In this document: piece after piece, positions 21,460 to 32,653 of the stretch
Layout of the letters: each line of letters opens with the position of its first letter
Position numbering within the stretch: the first letter of the stretch is position 1
Origin: Promethearchaeota archaeon
GTDB lineage: Archaea > Asgardarchaeota > Lokiarchaeia > Sigyniarchaeales > SOKP01
Assembly: GCA_019058445.1 (NCBI GenBank)
Contig: JAHPZA010000009.1
Location: 160,001 to 224,000 of the forward strand
DNA length: 64,000 nucleotides
Direction: 5' to 3'
The notes under the pieces: model-generated
Told to the model about the DNA's origin: nothing
Database searches by the model: none
What the model saw: the letters and a program-made list of their open reading frames with translations, nothing else
Position numbers and translations under genes: made by a program

Positions 21460-24063
21460 ATGGTAACAAGACTAAAAAATTTAATTAAACATTTAGCAGA
21501 ACAAGCAAGAATTTTACAAGAAGAAATTTATAAAAGTCTATCTGATCTTTCTAATGAAAAAGATTATATCGAAAATAAAGTTACAAGAATATATATTGAA
21601 AATATTCCCAATTTTCTAAAGAAAACAACATTTAAGAACAATAAAATTAATATTGAACAGTTCTCAGATTTCTTTTCCCAAATAATTATTAATTCTATTT
21701 TTTTAGGTTGGATAAGGTCTTATATAAAGGGAAACTCACCAAAAGAATTTAGAATATCATTTTTACAAGATATTTTACCAACGGTTCCGTTTATTAAAGA
21801 AATTTTTTTTAGTCTTAAATCAATTCTTCCAACACAAATATATGACAAAATAATCATATCAGTTGAAAAATTATTACGTAAAACTCAATTGAATATCGAA
21901 GAAAAAACAATGGATATTTTTATTGCTACATATTATAGTGATTTCTTATTATTTTACGATAAAGAAAAAGCAAAAGCTCTAGGTATTATTGATACGCCTA
22001 CTGAAATTGTTGATTATATGGTTGATGGTATCGACAAAATTCTAAAAAATTATTTTAATGAATCAAAAGGGATTGCCTCTCCAAATATAAAATGTCTGGA
22101 TCCTGCATCTGGAACCATGACATATACATGTAGCATAATACGCAAAGCATATAAAAATCTAAAATTAGAATATGAAACCGATTTTACAAATTTAATGCAA
22201 AAATTTGAACGGTGGATAATAAATCAATTTCTTGAAAACACTTATAGTTTTGAGATTTTAGATGTTCCTTATACTTTAGGTTATTTAAAAACAATAATGG
22301 TAATAGAGGATTTTGGCATAAATATTAATTGGTCAAAGTATAAATTGAAATCATTTCTTAATAATATTCTAATGGAAAGATCTTTAGAATTGTTAGAGTC
22401 TTCCTTAAGAATAAAAAAAATAAGTCAAGAAATAACAAATTCATCATGCATAAAATCTTTTAAAAATATTTTGATTGTATTAGGAAACCCTCCCTATAAC
22501 ATTTCTAGCAAAAATAATTCAGAATGGATTAAAAATAAAATAAGAGATTATAAAAAGGGACTAACAGAGAGGAATTTAAAAATTCTCTCTGATGATTATA
22601 TTAAATTTATTAGACTTTCACATTGGTTGGTTGCTGAAAAAAACAAAAATGGAATAATTGCCTTAATTACAAATAACAAGTATTTTTATGGAGACATTTT
22701 TAGAAAAATTAGAGAATCTCTTAAAAAAGATTTTGATATTATTTATAGTGTAAATCTTCATGGTGATATGAGAAAAGGTGAAAGTGGAAATCCTTTTGAT
22801 ATTAGAGTAGGGGTTGGAATTATTTTCTTAGTTAGATTATTTAATCATTCGGATGAAAAATGTAAGATCTTTACATTAGATATACCAGATGAATCAAAAA
22901 TTAAAAAATTTGAAAATCTAAAAGAAGGATTTAAATTTGAAAAATTTCATCAATTGCAAAATCTTAAATATTTTATAGATTTGGATACTAACTCAGATAT
23001 AGAAAAAGAGTTCGATTCTTACCAAGATATTAATGATTTTTTTATTCATAGACCTAAAAGTGGAATAATGACTGGAAGGGATACTTTAGTTATTAATATT
23101 ACTAAAAGAGAGTTAAATGAGAACTATCAACTTTTCTATAATAAAGAACTAGGAAAACTAAAAGCTAAAAATATCGAATTTAATAATACTAAAAATTGGA
23201 ATATTGAAGAAGCTTTAGATAAAAAAATAAAAGAAAATCCCAAAATTATAAAGATAAATTATCGCGGTTTTGATGTAAGATATTTGTTGTATGATCCTCG
23301 ATTAATTGAAGGTCATAGAATGGGATATATAGATCAGATTTCTATTGATAATCTTGCAATATCAACAACTAAGTCCATACGCAAAAACTCTAGCTTTTCT
23401 CATTGTCTAATAACAAAATACCCTATAGAGAAATGTTTTTTGTCTATAAACGATACATCCTATGCTTTTCTACAAAAATTTAATGGAAAAAATAATATAA
23501 AAATTCCAGATAACATTAAATTTCAAGTAGATTCCAACCAATTGTTTTTCTATATCTATGCGTTATTATTTTCAACTATATATAGAACTCGATATTCATC
23601 TCAACTTTTAAGATACTTCCCTAAAATTCCTCTAACTAATAATAAAGAACTATTTTTAAACTTAAGTAATCTTGGTCTGAAACTTGGAAGAATTCATTTG
23701 TTTATGGAGGATGAAATTGATGTAAAATACTTTCCAATAAGCTCTACTAAAAATTTTCTAATATCGGATGACTTCTATTATGATGAAAAAAAACAAAAAA
23801 TATTTTTTGGAAAAGAATTTGATAGATTTTGGATTGGAAAAATCACCTTTAAAATATGGAATTTTAAAATCGGAGGGAAAAGACAACTTTATGAGTGGTT
23901 ATATTCTAGGCGATATTCATGTAAATATAAGAAAAATTCAATCAAGAGAGCTTTAACCAAAAAGGAGATTAATTATCTTTTAAAAATATGCGCATCAATT
24001 AAAAAATCATTAGAAATTATTGATTTGATTGATCTTGATATAAAAAAATTATTAAATATATAA
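21460..24063 (+). CDS. Type IIG/ISP-like N6-adenine methyltransferase with specificity domain, apparently lacking an N-terminal nuclease
   Basis: TPTEIVDYMV, LDPASGT, GNPPY, DDYIKFIR, NLHGD, YRGFD.R, WNFKIGG. Confidence 0.88.
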   Translation: MVTRLKNLIKHLAEQARILQEEIYKSLSDLSNEKDYIENKVTRIYIENIPNFLKKTTFKNNKINIEQFSDFFSQIIINSIFLGWIRSYIKGNSPKEFRISFLQDILPTVPFIKEIFFSLKSILPTQIYDKIIISVEKLLRKTQLNIEEKTMDIFIATYYSDFLLFYDKEKAKALGIIDTPTEIVDYMVDGIDKILKNYFNESKGIASPNIKCLDPASGTMTYTCSIIRKAYKNLKLEYETDFTNLMQKFERWIINQFLENTYSFEILDVPYTLGYLKTIMVIEDFGININWSKYKLKSFLNNILMERSLELLESSLRIKKISQEITNSSCIKSFKNILIVLGNPPYNISSKNNSEWIKNKIRDYKKGLTERNLKILSDDYIKFIRLSHWLVAEKNKNGIIALITNNKYFYGDIFRKIRESLKKDFDIIYSVNLHGDMRKGESGNPFDIRVGVGIIFLVRLFNHSDEKCKIFTLDIPDESKIKKFENLKEGFKFEKFHQLQNLKYFIDLDTNSDIEKEFDSYQDINDFFIHRPKSGIMTGRDTLVINITKRELNENYQLFYNKELGKLKAKNIEFNNTKNWNIEEALDKKIKENPKIIKINYRGFDVRYLLYDPRLIEGHRMGYIDQISIDNLAISTTKSIRKNSSFSHCLITKYPIEKCFLSINDTSYAFLQKFNGKNNIKIPDNIKFQVDSNQLFFYIYALLFSTIYRTRYSSQLLRYFPKIPLTNNKELFLNLSNLGLKLGRIHLFMEDEIDVKYFPISSTKNFLISDDFYYDEKKQKIFFGKEFDRFWIGKITFKIWNFKIGGKRQLYEWLYSRRYSCKYKKNSIKRALTKKEINYLLKICASIKKSLEIIDLIDLDIKKLLNI

Positions 24064-24122
24064 TGATGGTTAATAAAAAAGTTAATAATCTCTCTTTTAG
24101 CTCTTATACTCAAATTAATTTT

Positions 24123-26801
24123 TTAAAAATTCTGATAATAATTCTTAAAATAAAACATCAATTTTACAATCTCTTTCCCTTTACTATTCATATAATATAC
24201 AGTCTGAGTTTTACCCTTTCCATAATTAATTTTACCGTATTTCTCCAAAATTTCTTTCCTCGTATTAAAAAATAAATTTACAGCTCCACTTTTTACTCCC
24301 ATTTTATTAGCAAGCTCTGAACTTGTTACTAAGCCTTTTTCTTCTGAGATTTTAAAAATTGTAAAAAAGTATTTTATAAAAGTTCTAGTTATTCTAATAT
24401 CAATATCCAAAGGATCTCTAGTTAATTCTTTATTATAAATTAGATTTAGTTTATATTGAATAAATGTACTCTTATTATCCTCCAAAACTTTTTTAAGTAT
24501 GTCTTTATCATCATAAATTTCTTCAATGTTCGATAAATCTTCATGAATTACAAAATGGCAATTATGACACATAAAACATCCTATATGATGTCTTTTCTTT
24601 AATTCTCTTAATATTTCAATACATGATTTGCTCTCAAACAATTTGGAAATGGAATTATTTTCTCTTCTTATTCGATCTTCCATACTAAGTTCCTTTAATT
24701 TATATAAATGACTGTATTCAAAACCAGGCAAATGGTCTTTAGAATTAAATTCTCCACAAATAGGGCAAATACCCCCATAAAGAAAATCAATAAAGAATCT
24801 CTTTTTTAGAAATTCTAAAATATAGACCTTCACTTTATCCTTTCTTTCCCGTATTTCTGATTTGTCTTTTCTAAAAGATTCGCTTACTATTTTATCCAAT
24901 GGAATATTATCCACACAAATCATAATAAGTGCATGGATAATTTCTGCGGGAAGCTCAAATATATCTTTATAAAAAAAATAAGATGGTAAATTTTCCCAAT
25001 TGATAAGTTTTTTAAAATTATTGAAATGGGTGGAATGTAATAAAATGTGATGTACTCCACATTTTACTACTACAAACTCTCTCTCCATTTTACGGATTAA
25101 ATCTCTCAAAAAAAAAGGATTACCTCGATTACTTAAAAATAAACCATATAAATCTTCGACAGTATATGTCTCATATTTATCACCTTTATGATGAAATTCT
25201 TTAGATATTATTCTTGGAAAAGAGGAATTAATCTCCAATTTTTCATATAAACAATCCTCACAATAAGGAATCTTGCTTATTATATCAAAATACTTACCAT
25301 TGTAAATATATTTCATCACATAAAGTTTAATTCTGTTACCAATAATTCTTTTCTTTAAATTATTTGTCTCATCTTCACTATATAAAGTCTGACCAGTCCT
25401 TGTCGGAATGGGAAAAAAATTTGAATATTTTGAATTTTTTAAAAAATCAACAATTCTACCAATTTCTTTGGCAAGACTTGATTCTTTTAAAAACATATTA
25501 ATATTTTTAGACATAAGATATTTGGCAAAATCAGAAATTATAAATTCCGCCTTTATTGTAATATGGGATTTATTTGATAATATCAACATTTTTACTATTT
25601 CTATTAAATCAGAAAAATATTTATCAAAAGTATCTGAATAGTTAGCCCCCATATCTTTATATTTTTTAATTTCTCTCTCCGTCAAATGTTCGAGAAAAAT
25701 ATTCTCTTTTTGAGTCAATTGTTTCTCTGCGCCAATAAAAATCTCTCTTAAGCGTAAAACAATTTTTGATACATCAAAGTTCTCTAAATGTGAAATAAGA
25801 CTTTGCAAGTCAATCTCTGCGTTATTTAATAACTCAAAAAAATAAAGGGAAAAAATTTTTCTGGATCTTCCTAACTGAGCATCTTTAAAACTATAATCTA
25901 ATCTTGGTGCTAAATCTTTATACCATCTTTTATATATTTTTGGAATTGAAGTATAATATGTATCCACTAGAATTGATAACTTTTTTCCTGTTATTCGAGG
26001 TAAATCCTCATTTGATAAAATAACAGCATAAATGATTGCTCCCGCATGTGATTTTATATTTGTATCACGCTTAATAATAATTTCACCATTTTCCGCTCTT
26101 GAAATGTGCTTATCTAAAATTTCTTCGGATTTAGATAAAATTATTTTCTTTTGCTTATCAGCACAATCAATTGAAGTAGTAATCATTTTAATTTGTTCCA
26201 TTATTCTTTCTCGAAAATTAGGAACATTTATGTTTGGTTTTTCCATTTTGTTATTCACTAAAGTTTCTCTCTCCTTTGGAATTATATCATCATCTGTATT
26301 AATTAACTCCTCAGAAAATTCTTCCTCTTCGATAGTGTCATATTCAATTACCCGTTCTGGTATAATATCGTCTTCTGTCAAATTACTCACCCCTACAACA
26401 TGTTCTTCGGTCTCAAACTCTATTTTTATTTCCTCTTGCTCTTCCTTTATTTCCTCTTGCTCTTCTGGAATATTATTCCTTTCAATACGTAAAATATATA
26501 TCGGTCTTTCATGGAATTCTATATTGGGTACACCCGCTATATAATCTTCGGTTTCCCATTCCTCTTCTCTTTCTGGAACGTAGTCTTGTCCTGAGATCTG
26601 TTCCCAATCAATTCCGCCATCATCCTCTACGTTGGACACACCTACAATATGTTCTTCTGCCTCCCATTCTTCTTGTGGAATTATATTTTGTTGTAGAGGT
26701 TCTTCCCAATCACTTTCTCCATTATCAATATTACTAACACCAAAGATAAATTCTTCGGTTTCCCACTGTTCTTCCTCGTCTTTTCTATCTTTTTCTGACA
26801 T
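24123..26801 (-). CDS. Multidomain protein: acidic repeats, TFB/cyclin-like helix bundle, two HNH-like Zn modules, C-terminal wHTH
   Basis: WETEE...GVSN repeats; SHAGAIIY...ITGKKLS...SIPKIYK; CEDC..EFHH..CGVHH; CPICG..EYSH..CHNCH; VTSSELANKMGV. Confidence 0.6.
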   Translation of the reverse strand: MSEKDRKDEEEQWETEEFIFGVSNIDNGESDWEEPLQQNIIPQEEWEAEEHIVGVSNVEDDGGIDWEQISGQDYVPEREEEWETEDYIAGVPNIEFHERPIYILRIERNNIPEEQEEIKEEQEEIKIEFETEEHVVGVSNLTEDDIIPERVIEYDTIEEEEFSEELINTDDDIIPKERETLVNNKMEKPNINVPNFRERIMEQIKMITTSIDCADKQKKIILSKSEEILDKHISRAENGEIIIKRDTNIKSHAGAIIYAVILSNEDLPRITGKKLSILVDTYYTSIPKIYKRWYKDLAPRLDYSFKDAQLGRSRKIFSLYFFELLNNAEIDLQSLISHLENFDVSKIVLRLREIFIGAEKQLTQKENIFLEHLTEREIKKYKDMGANYSDTFDKYFSDLIEIVKMLILSNKSHITIKAEFIISDFAKYLMSKNINMFLKESSLAKEIGRIVDFLKNSKYSNFFPIPTRTGQTLYSEDETNNLKKRIIGNRIKLYVMKYIYNGKYFDIISKIPYCEDCLYEKLEINSSFPRIISKEFHHKGDKYETYTVEDLYGLFLSNRGNPFFLRDLIRKMEREFVVVKCGVHHILLHSTHFNNFKKLINWENLPSYFFYKDIFELPAEIIHALIMICVDNIPLDKIVSESFRKDKSEIRERKDKVKVYILEFLKKRFFIDFLYGGICPICGEFNSKDHLPGFEYSHLYKLKELSMEDRIRRENNSISKLFESKSCIEILRELKKRHHIGCFMCHNCHFVIHEDLSNIEEIYDDKDILKKVLEDNKSTFIQYKLNLIYNKELTRDPLDIDIRITRTFIKYFFTIFKISEEKGLVTSSELANKMGVKSGAVNLFFNTRKEILEKYGKINYGKGKTQTVYYMNSKGKEIVKLMFYFKNYYQNF
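26425..26465. repeat. 21-nt period tandem duplication (EEQEEIK x2)
   Basis: TTTATTTCCTCTTGCTCTTC at 26425 and 26446. Confidence 0.85.
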
Positions 26802-26852
26802 TTTAATTCTTTTCCCAAATCGTAATTAAAATTCAATTAATTTAATCATCAT

Positions 26853-27350
26853 TTATTTTTTTTGCTCCTTTAACCAATAATATGTCCCATCTGTCTTCAC
26901 ATCATACCCTGTAGGTTTTTTTATAGAAAGTCTAGAACCTTTTTTCGCATCTACTTTGCAAACTCCATCATCGTTACATGTTGAACTCCCTTCTCCATCG
27001 ACAACGTCAATTATTGGAGTTGGTGCTTTTTGCTGAGTTGCTTGAGGTTGCGGAGTCTCTTGAATTCGGCATAAAAATTTATCTAATTGCTGTGGTCTTT
27101 CTACAATTTCCCCGCCATATTTCTTATTTTTAACATAATAACTCATACCGTTTATCCCTGTCATCAATATACCTCCATTTATATTTTCATTTATTAATTT
27201 GTATAAATAATTATCGCTACCCTGTATATATTTATCTAAATATACGGTGTAATGATTACCATTCACGCAAGGCATACACACACGATTTTTGAACGGACTA
27301 TTCCCTATTTTATACCAATACCCATCTAACGCACGCATAAAACAAGCCAT
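26853..27350 (-). CDS. Hypothetical protein, virus/MGE-like
   Basis: 165 aa ORF preceded by an AGGAAGTG RBS-like sequence. Confidence 0.6.
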   Translation of the reverse strand: MACFMRALDGYWYKIGNSPFKNRVCMPCVNGNHYTVYLDKYIQGSDNYLYKLINENINGGILMTGINGMSYYVKNKKYGGEIVERPQQLDKFLCRIQETPQPQATQQKAPTPIIDVVDGEGSSTCNDDGVCKVDAKKGSRLSIKKPTGYDVKTDGTYYWLKEQKK

Positions 27351-29065
27351 TTTTTTATCACTTCCTTTTATTTTTTATTAGTTTATTCATTTCCTTAAAC
27401 CTGTTTTTCAATAAATTTAATCTCGAAAAACTATTTTTCACATATCTATTTTGATACAAAATTATGACACTAATTTAATTTAGTTAAACCCATAATAGCC
27501 GACCTCTCCAATGAACGATTTTACTTAATTTTCCACAATAGAAACATTAAGATTTTTTGCATCTTATTTTGTTTATCAACCACCTTTCATCAAAATTTTA
27601 ATACACTCATTTTATAAATCCCATCTTATTTAAATAAATATCAAATTTATTCAAAAATTATATTTTGAAAAAGATTATTTTTCACTTCATTATTAGTATT
27701 TTTAGTCATACCTTCTCTAAAAGGGCTGAAAATAGTTTTTTGAGAAATTTTTTAAGATTAGATTTTTAGTTATTTAATTTTTTATATAAACCTTTTTTTT
27801 TGATGATATGGAATTTTGAGAAATATCATTGTTACCATTTTACCAAAATTTAGGAAAAAACATCCTGAGAGCCTACTTTAAGTTTTAAAAAATAAAATCC
27901 AAAAAAATTACCTTCTGTTTTTGATCTTAATTTTTAATAAGTTAAATTTTGATTAGATGAAATCAAGAAAAAAAATTTTAAATTCAAATTTTCGAAGTAA
28001 AAATATAATTACTAAAAAAATTCAAGATTACCTGTAGTATTTTTAACAGTTATCAAAAAATCAATCCAAAAAAATTTTTTGAAGTCTTTATAAATAACAG
28101 CTTAAAAATAAATTTAAACTCATAGTACCCAATTTTATTATTATCATTGCAATTCTTGGTTATGATGTTATAATTATTTTGATTGGATTAAAGACATAAT
28201 TAGGACTTTTGAATCATTAATTTTCTCATAATTTAAAAATTAAAGCATAAAAAGAAAAAAGTAATCTCAAAAAAAGCTACTTATTCAACGAGATTGAACT
28301 ATACAAATAATATTGAGAGATAGTTGATTTGAGATTTTTTTCTTGATTAATGTATTTTCTCGTATTATGAAAATAGTTGTTTAACTCGATCTTGGAGTAA
28401 AACTCTCACAACCTAACTATATAGCTACCTAAATAGGACTTCCCAAAACATTGATTATCAATACGAAAAAGGGGCTATTTTCCACGAACAGCCCTATATC
28501 TACTATTAAAACCCTTCTTATATAAATTTAACTTACATATCTGTATATACAATTTTGGCTAATGTTCATATTCATAAGATTTCGCATAAAACACGTGGAG
28601 AATTACCCATGAGATATTAAAATTATTTTCGATCAAAATAATCAAACCATACAATACACACAAAAAGAAAATTTTTGCATTTTTTAAATCATTCATATAT
28701 AAATAGGAAAAAAAAATTGTATTTTTATTTTTATACTCCTATAGATCAGATCATTATGGTGCAAATTGTTGAACAAGATAGTAATATTCTAAAGATTTAA
28801 TGAAAGACGTTCATTTTTTGAAAAGGCGTGAAGTTAAATTTATAAATAAAAAGATATATATTAGATATTTTCGTTGTCAAAAATATTAACACTGAGAAAA
28901 TTCGTGGATTATAACTGCAGTAAATGAATTATCTTTTCGCTAGTGAGTTCTAAGCATATCTTTGAGATATTCTAAAAGCACTTCATTTTTTTGAGTTTAT
29001 TGATTCGCTTAATTTTTGGTTTACTTCTTCGCCTAAATTTTCAAACATATTTTTCAATTGAAATT

Positions 29066-29410
29066 TTATCTTTCTAAAAAATAATTTAAATCATTAATTA
29101 TCATATTGAGAAGATTAGGATCAGCTCCTGTTCTCATCAATTCCAACTCTAAATCCTTAAAGTCAGAAATCTTGAATCGAAAGGTAGGATTAGTAAAGTT
29201 TTTCTGTAAATCGTAAAACTCCTCATAACTATACTCAATACCCTGTTGTTCGATATATGTTTTAATAATGAAATAGAGTAATTCTCCTATGAGTTTTTCA
29301 AATAAATCTTGTCCGTACTTCTCTTTGAATTCGATACAAAATTTTTCAATTCCTCTCAAATCGGACAGAGTGCAGTTTAAAACCCTTTCCGATACTTTTT
29401 GTTCAATCAT
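29066..29410 (-). CDS. Hypothetical protein
   Basis: Last intact ORF of a tightly packed minus-strand operon; GGAGG RBS. Confidence 0.65.
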   Translation of the reverse strand: MIEQKVSERVLNCTLSDLRGIEKFCIEFKEKYGQDLFEKLIGELLYFIIKTYIEQQGIEYSYEEFYDLQKNFTNPTFRFKISDFKDLELELMRTGADPNLLNMIINDLNYFLER

Positions 29411-29420
29411 AATTTTTTAA

Positions 29421-29777
29421 TTACCTCCTTCTTTTTCTTAAAATTAATTTCTTTTTTGTAGAGGGTGTATGTATTTCCATTTGTTCGATAAATTCTTGTA
29501 TATCTATTTTCTCCTTCCTTAATAGCTTATAATGAATGGTTTTACTCCGATGTACTTCTTCTAATATCCCTTTCTTTTGTAAAAATTGGAGAGAACGCCC
29601 TATAAAGTTAATCTTTGACCTGTTAGACGAATCTACATTTAAATACTTCCTTACTTTTCTGGTATTTATATAAGAAATGTGTTTATCAATGAATAAATTA
29701 ATTGCGTATAATGTGTCTTCCAAATTTCTTACTCTTATATCAATTGTCATCTGTTTTCCCTCTTTTTTGCTTCTCAA
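29421..29777 (-). CDS. Small winged-helix-like DNA-binding protein
   Basis: INTRKVRKYL...FIGRSLQFLQKKGIL...Y pattern. Confidence 0.55.
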   Translation of the reverse strand: MRSKKEGKQMTIDIRVRNLEDTLYAINLFIDKHISYINTRKVRKYLNVDSSNRSKINFIGRSLQFLQKKGILEEVHRSKTIHYKLLRKEKIDIQEFIEQMEIHTPSTKKKLILRKRRR

Positions 29778-30318
29778 ATAGAGTATTCACAAATTGTTCT
29801 AACTCCTGTAAATCCTTGTCTTTAGAGAGATCTTCTTTATTTGCGGTAAATCTGTATTGTTCGCTTTCTGGGTAAAATTTGTTTTCAATACTGTTCTCAC
29901 CCTCATAATTCGGCTCAAACGATATTGTATGAGAGTTAATTTTATGCGTATATTCTATATCTTCCATTTCACTTTCTTCTGTATCATCTTCCTGCTCCGA
30001 ATAGTAATTATCATCTTCTTTGAAAAATAAAGAAAGAAACAAATAGACGGAAATTAACAATAGAAAGAAAAAAGTCATGGTAAATACAAATTTAAAATCT
30101 GCTCTCGGTGGGATCTGTGTTCCCTCTAAATTGGTAAATGAGCTTACCATGTAAAATATTAGAGATATAGCAATTAGGATACAAATGATAACTTTTAATC
30201 CCCTCCATTCGTGTCCTTTCTTATAGGTAATGTAGAAGAAAATAGCTAATCCGAATAAAATTAAGCTCACTATAAGATATACTACAAAAAACTCCATTGA
30301 ATCGGTAAAATCGGTCAT
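29740..30318 (-). CDS. 3-TM membrane protein with acidic tail
   Basis: Three hydrophobic helices followed by a D/E-rich region. Confidence 0.65.
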   Translation of the reverse strand: MTDFTDSMEFFVVYLIVSLILFGLAIFFYITYKKGHEWRGLKVIICILIAISLIFYMVSSFTNLEGTQIPPRADFKFVFTMTFFFLLLISVYLFLSLFFKEDDNYYSEQEDDTEESEMEDIEYTHKINSHTISFEPNYEGENSIENKFYPESEQYRFTANKEDLSKDKDLQELEQFVNTLFEKQKRGKTDDN

Positions 30319-30469
30319 TTTAGATATTCTACATATACCCTCTTTTTATTTTTTATTACATTCGGCTTTAGGGATAAAGAGGCTACCCCGCTCTTTAATA
30401 TCTTGCGAATATAAGAAACTTAGTTTGAGCAACTCTTTACCTTCCCCGCCTGTTAATAATATGGTAGTA

Positions 30470-30700
30470 TCATAAATCGAGAAGTATTATTTTCAAATCC
30501 TCGATAATCCTTTCTTTTCCCTCCAAATTTACAGTTTTTATTTCATTTATCAATTCTTCGACCAAAATCGGATTACACGATTGCCCACCTATAACTACGA
30601 CTTGAATAATAAAATCTAATTTCTGTTCCCACTCACGCTTTTTAGCTCGTTTAATTGATAGTCTTGCTCTGAATTTAGATCTTTTATCTTTATAATACAC
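30470..30700 (-). CDS. Small hypothetical protein
   Basis: Overlaps the upstream ORF; GTG start. Confidence 0.5.
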   Translation of the reverse strand: MYYKDKRSKFRARLSIKRAKKREWEQKLDFIIQVVVIGGQSCNPILVEELINEIKTVNLEGKERIIEDLKIILLDL

Positions 30701-31020
30701 TACTCTTTAATCTCCTCATTCTTTTTCTTTCATTTCTTAATATACTTCTCTTTCTTCTATACCTATTTACTCTTCTGGTAAGACGAGAAATAGAACGGTG
30801 TAATCTGTTCTTCCCCGCATCTAACATTTCTTCTTTTATTCTGTTTACCCTTATTGCTTGTTCTAACGCCATTGCTTCTAATTCTGCAAATGTATATTTG
30901 TTAGCAATTGTGCCAAGAATACATATCGCAAACTGTTTAAAAATTTCGGCGATTTTGTTTTTTTCCTCTTTTTTTTCTTTCTTGGGTGGTGGTAATTCTC
31001 CTAATACACTTAAATGCATT
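30690..31020 (-). CDS. Basic coiled-coil hypothetical protein (start uncertain, ORF extends to 31109)
   Basis: Arg-rich C-terminus; ATG near 31020 follows an AGGA RBS-like sequence. Confidence 0.5.
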
Positions 31021-31041
31021 TGTCTATCCTTACCATTATTT

Positions 31042-31866
31042 TTAAATTTGTGAGGGGGATTTGGTAAACGCTTGAAAGATAAATACCGCATACCAGCAAC
31101 TATTTTCAAAAAAAATCCGAAAGCACTTTGCTAACGGAGAGCTCTTAATTCTATTCTGTTTGACATCTGTGCGTATATCTACCACGCATAAAATGGAAAA
31201 TCCGCTAATCCCCGATTGTCTATTGACTTGATCTAAATGTTCATGGAATAATTCAGAGATAACTAATTCAATATCTTCGTGTTTGGACTTCTTGAGCAAT
31301 TTATCTTCAATCGGAATCCCATCAACTACGTGATCTACCATACCATCTGAAATTCTAACCTCGTTTTTTACTCGTTCTCCGAATTGTCCGCCTAAATAAA
31401 AGTTCATAAGCGGGTGCATGTCTTTTACCTCTGAGTTCCACGTTTGAGCTTTCATTCGCAAAAATTTTTTGTCATTATAAGAGGTATATAAACATCTCGA
31501 ATAAAATTGAATTAGATTAAACCATGCTGACATATGTTTTGTAAGTGTTGAATTGACTTCAAAAAACTTTAATTGTGCTAATTGGGTATTTAGTTTGGGA
31601 TTAATTGCAGGAACTCCTGTTTCTATGTAGATTTTTTGAGTTGGGTTTATCCGTAATTGATGTGACTCCAAAAGTGATATTGCTCGATATAGTAGAGAGG
31701 TTAAAACCTCTACTTTCTTTGAATAAAGCTGTACTTCTGATTCATACCTTTCATCTATTTCTAAAAAATCTTTAGTATTAAATTGTAGCTTTTCAATTCC
31801 CCTGCTCTCACTACTGACTATTGGATTTTTATTGGGAAACATTGCTACATCCCCCTCTTGTTTCAT
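31042..31866 (-). CDS. Putative PD-(D/E)XK nuclease-fold protein
   Basis: EVRISDGMVDHVVDGIPIEDKL pattern. Confidence 0.55.
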   Translation of the reverse strand: MKQEGDVAMFPNKNPIVSSESRGIEKLQFNTKDFLEIDERYESEVQLYSKKVEVLTSLLYRAISLLESHQLRINPTQKIYIETGVPAINPKLNTQLAQLKFFEVNSTLTKHMSAWFNLIQFYSRCLYTSYNDKKFLRMKAQTWNSEVKDMHPLMNFYLGGQFGERVKNEVRISDGMVDHVVDGIPIEDKLLKKSKHEDIELVISELFHEHLDQVNRQSGISGFSILCVVDIRTDVKQNRIKSSPLAKCFRIFFENSCWYAVFIFQAFTKSPSQI

Positions 31867-32255
31867 TTCTTATATGACCCCATGCTGAAATTTTTCTCAC
31901 ACTCCCTCAAACCTTTTAAATTATGCCTTTTTCCGACAAAAACTTCACTTAGTCGTGAATAAATTTTTATCAATAGTCTAATAATTATTAAATAAGTATT
32001 TAAATCTTGTGACAGTTTTCATAACCCTTCTTATATAGATTATAGAATATTTTATAATCATTAAAAATCCAATTAAAATACTATTTAGATAATCAAAAAC
32101 TGATTCTTAGTATAATAATAAAAACCATACTTATTCTTAGATAAATCAGAAAAATGTGTGGTAGTTATTATAAAAAGAATTAAATAATTCTCTGATCATT
32201 ATAAGAATCGTAATAAGTAAAATTAAATTAGGTACTTTATTATTGTGATATAATT

Positions 32256-32411
32256 ATGCCTTCGATTGATGTATCTGAAAACGTGAAGGAAAGGTTAGAA
32301 AAGGTTAAAGAAAAGTACGGATGTAAAACGTACTCGGAAGCTGTAAACATAATTCTCTTACTTTTAGAAGAAAAGGAAAAAGCAAACAAATCCTCTTCAA
32401 ATTCGCACTAA
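32256..32411 (+). CDS. Ribbon-helix-helix/antitoxin-like DNA-binding protein, 51 aa (not in ORF track)
   Basis: MPSIDVSENVKERLEKVKEKYGCKTYSEAVNIILL; divergent from the 31866 operon. Confidence 0.7.
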   Translation: MPSIDVSENVKERLEKVKEKYGCKTYSEAVNIILLLLEEKEKANKSSSNSH

Positions 32412-32653
32412 TCGTCTTTCGCTGTTTTTCGCTATTTTTATTCTTTTTCTCTTTTTAACATATAATATTGTTTTAATGTTTCCCTTGTAATTCTTGAAAT
32501 AAAAAAGGGATATTAGAGTCTAAATCATAATTCAAAAGAAAGACTTATCATTGATAAATGAATAAAGTCTTAAGTTAAAACTTAAATACATTTATGTGAT
32601 AAAATATATTATTATTAATAATAAAGACATTAATTAGAGGTGCAATTCTAAAA

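Noticed and set aside
27351-29065. CRISPR array or tRNA in the long intergenic gap
   Set aside because: No regularly spaced repeats or cloverleaf seen; only AT-rich tracts and short decayed ORF remnants
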